This document shows positions 63,164-64,000 of a stretch of 64,000 nt of DNA, one piece after another. The notes beneath the pieces were generated by a model, which was not told the origin of the DNA, did not search any database, and worked only from the letters and a program-made list of their open reading frames with translations. Origin of the DNA: Dehalococcoidia bacterium (GTDB taxonomy: Bacteria; Chloroflexota; Dehalococcoidia; Lucifugimonadales; JAGWBF01). The translations under genes and the position numbers were made by a program. The DNA lies in assembly GCA_965220375.1 (NCBI GenBank), contig OZ244824.1, positions 98,311 through 162,310 of the forward strand, read 5' to 3'. Each line of letters opens with the position of its first letter. Positions within the stretch are counted from its first letter, which is position 1.

Positions 63164-64000
63164 ATGGCCGGCATAAAGTTCGGAGCAAGGATCCCTGTAT
63201 CGGGACCTGTAAGCAGCGTAGAGCGCCTTATCGAGTCCACCAAGCTGGCCGAGGAGCTGGACTACGACATGGTCTTTGGAGTGGACCACATTCACAACTC
63301 CTTCGACCGTCACAAGCAGTATCCCGTCGGCATGGGTTCCTTCAAAGATCCCGGCAACACCCTGGACCCCAACGAGTTCGAGACCATGACAGCCTACTCC
63401 TTCCTGGCGGGGGCCACCAACAGGATAGAGTTCGGCGTGGGAGTGATGCCCCTGCCCTTGCGGGCCGACCCCATCGTCCTGGCAAAGGAGGTCGCCACCA
63501 TGGACGCCCTCTCTGGGGGCAGGTTCGTCTTCGGCGTGGGTTCGGCCAACGTATCCGACCGAGAGGAATTCAGGGCCATGGGGCGCCCCTTCAGCCCCTA
63601 CTCCGAACGCTACGACCTTATGTCCGAGTACGTCGAGTCCATGCGCACCATCTGGAACAATCCCGTTGCTTCCTACCATGGCAAATATGTAAACTTCGAC
63701 GACCTGATCGTGTACCCCAAGCCCGCCCGCCACGTCCCCGTCTGGATTGGCTGCTACACCCTAGTCGGCGGCCCCGAGCGTCCGGCGGTCAAGTTTGCCC
63801 TGGACCACGCCGACGGCTGGATATACGGCTTCATGATGACGCCGGACCATATCCGTTCCATGATCGACGACTTCAGCAAGACAGCCCAGCAGGTCGGCAA
63901 GGACCTGACCAACTTCGACTGGTGCATGCAGCTGCGTCTCAGCATCGCCGACACCGAAGAAGAAGCCCGGAGAAACTGCCAGTGGCTTTTGGAAGACCAA
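63164..64000 (+). CDS. LLM-class F420/flavin-dependent oxidoreductase, 3'-partial (runs off the window)
   Basis: Not in the supplied ORF track. Own translation from ATG 63164 (RBS AAAGGAGAA) gives 279 codons without a stop: MAGIKFGARIPVSGPVSS...LDYDMVFGVDHI...FGVGVMPLPLR.DPIVLAKEVATMDALSGGRFVFGVGS...HGKYVNFDD...PVWIG. The minus-strand ORFs 63089-63733 and 63761-64000 are its antisense shadows. Confidence 0.8.
   Translation, partial: MAGIKFGARIPVSGPVSSVERLIESTKLAEELDYDMVFGVDHIHNSFDRHKQYPVGMGSFKDPGNTLDPNEFETMTAYSFLAGATNRIEFGVGVMPLPLRADPIVLAKEVATMDALSGGRFVFGVGSANVSDREEFRAMGRPFSPYSERYDLMSEYVESMRTIWNNPVASYHGKYVNFDDLIVYPKPARHVPVWIGCYTLVGGPERPAVKFALDHADGWIYGFMMTPDHIRSMIDDFSKTAQQVGKDLTNFDWCMQLRLSIADTEEEARRNCQWLLEDQ

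Overview
GC-rich bacterial chromosomal segment with two distinct parts. The left ~42 kb is a plastic accessory region. It holds eight paralogous plant-type (24-residue) leucine-rich-repeat (LRR) secreted or lipoproteins. Two are >1100 aa LRR + cadherin-like tandem-repeat proteins with C-terminal membrane anchors, and one is a 1192-aa LRR/FN3-like/GLUG/ankyrin chimera. These genes are interleaved with three rve-type IS families (intact, truncated, nested and head-to-head copies), IS21/IS1595/other transposase scars, a degraded prophage scar and several frameshifted or nonsense-mutated genes. Three unclassified non-coding repeat families also occur here: R1 (hairpin-core module), A (tandem units) and B (70-bp palindromes). 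The right ~22 kb looks like ordinary core genome: deazaflavin/LLM oxidoreductases, a P450, an SDR, RecN, Amt, an LprG-like lipoprotein + MFS pair, a CPA2 antiporter, tRNA-Gln/tRNA-Glu and DUF2851. It also carries decayed genes, including a Rieske oxygenase / ERG4-ERG24-type reductase chimera and a frameshifted GPP34-P450 fusion. I found no CRISPR array, rRNA, reverse transcriptase, integrase or recognisable multi-gene defence operon. The best candidates for something new are: (1) the R1 hairpin-core module, dispersed >=8 times and sitting upstream of LRR/lipoprotein genes as part of a shared 5' cassette; (2) a stand-alone CBS-pair + HEPN (Rx4H) protein isolated between IS scars; (3) two perfect inverted 70-bp palindromic elements that have inverted the central segment of a gene. 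All family assignments come from motifs read by eye and none was verified by search. The LRR/ankyrin/cadherin/FN3 content plus the IS and pseudogene load suggests a host-associated (symbiont-like) lifestyle, possibly Chloroflexota- or Actinomycetota-like. That is inference only.
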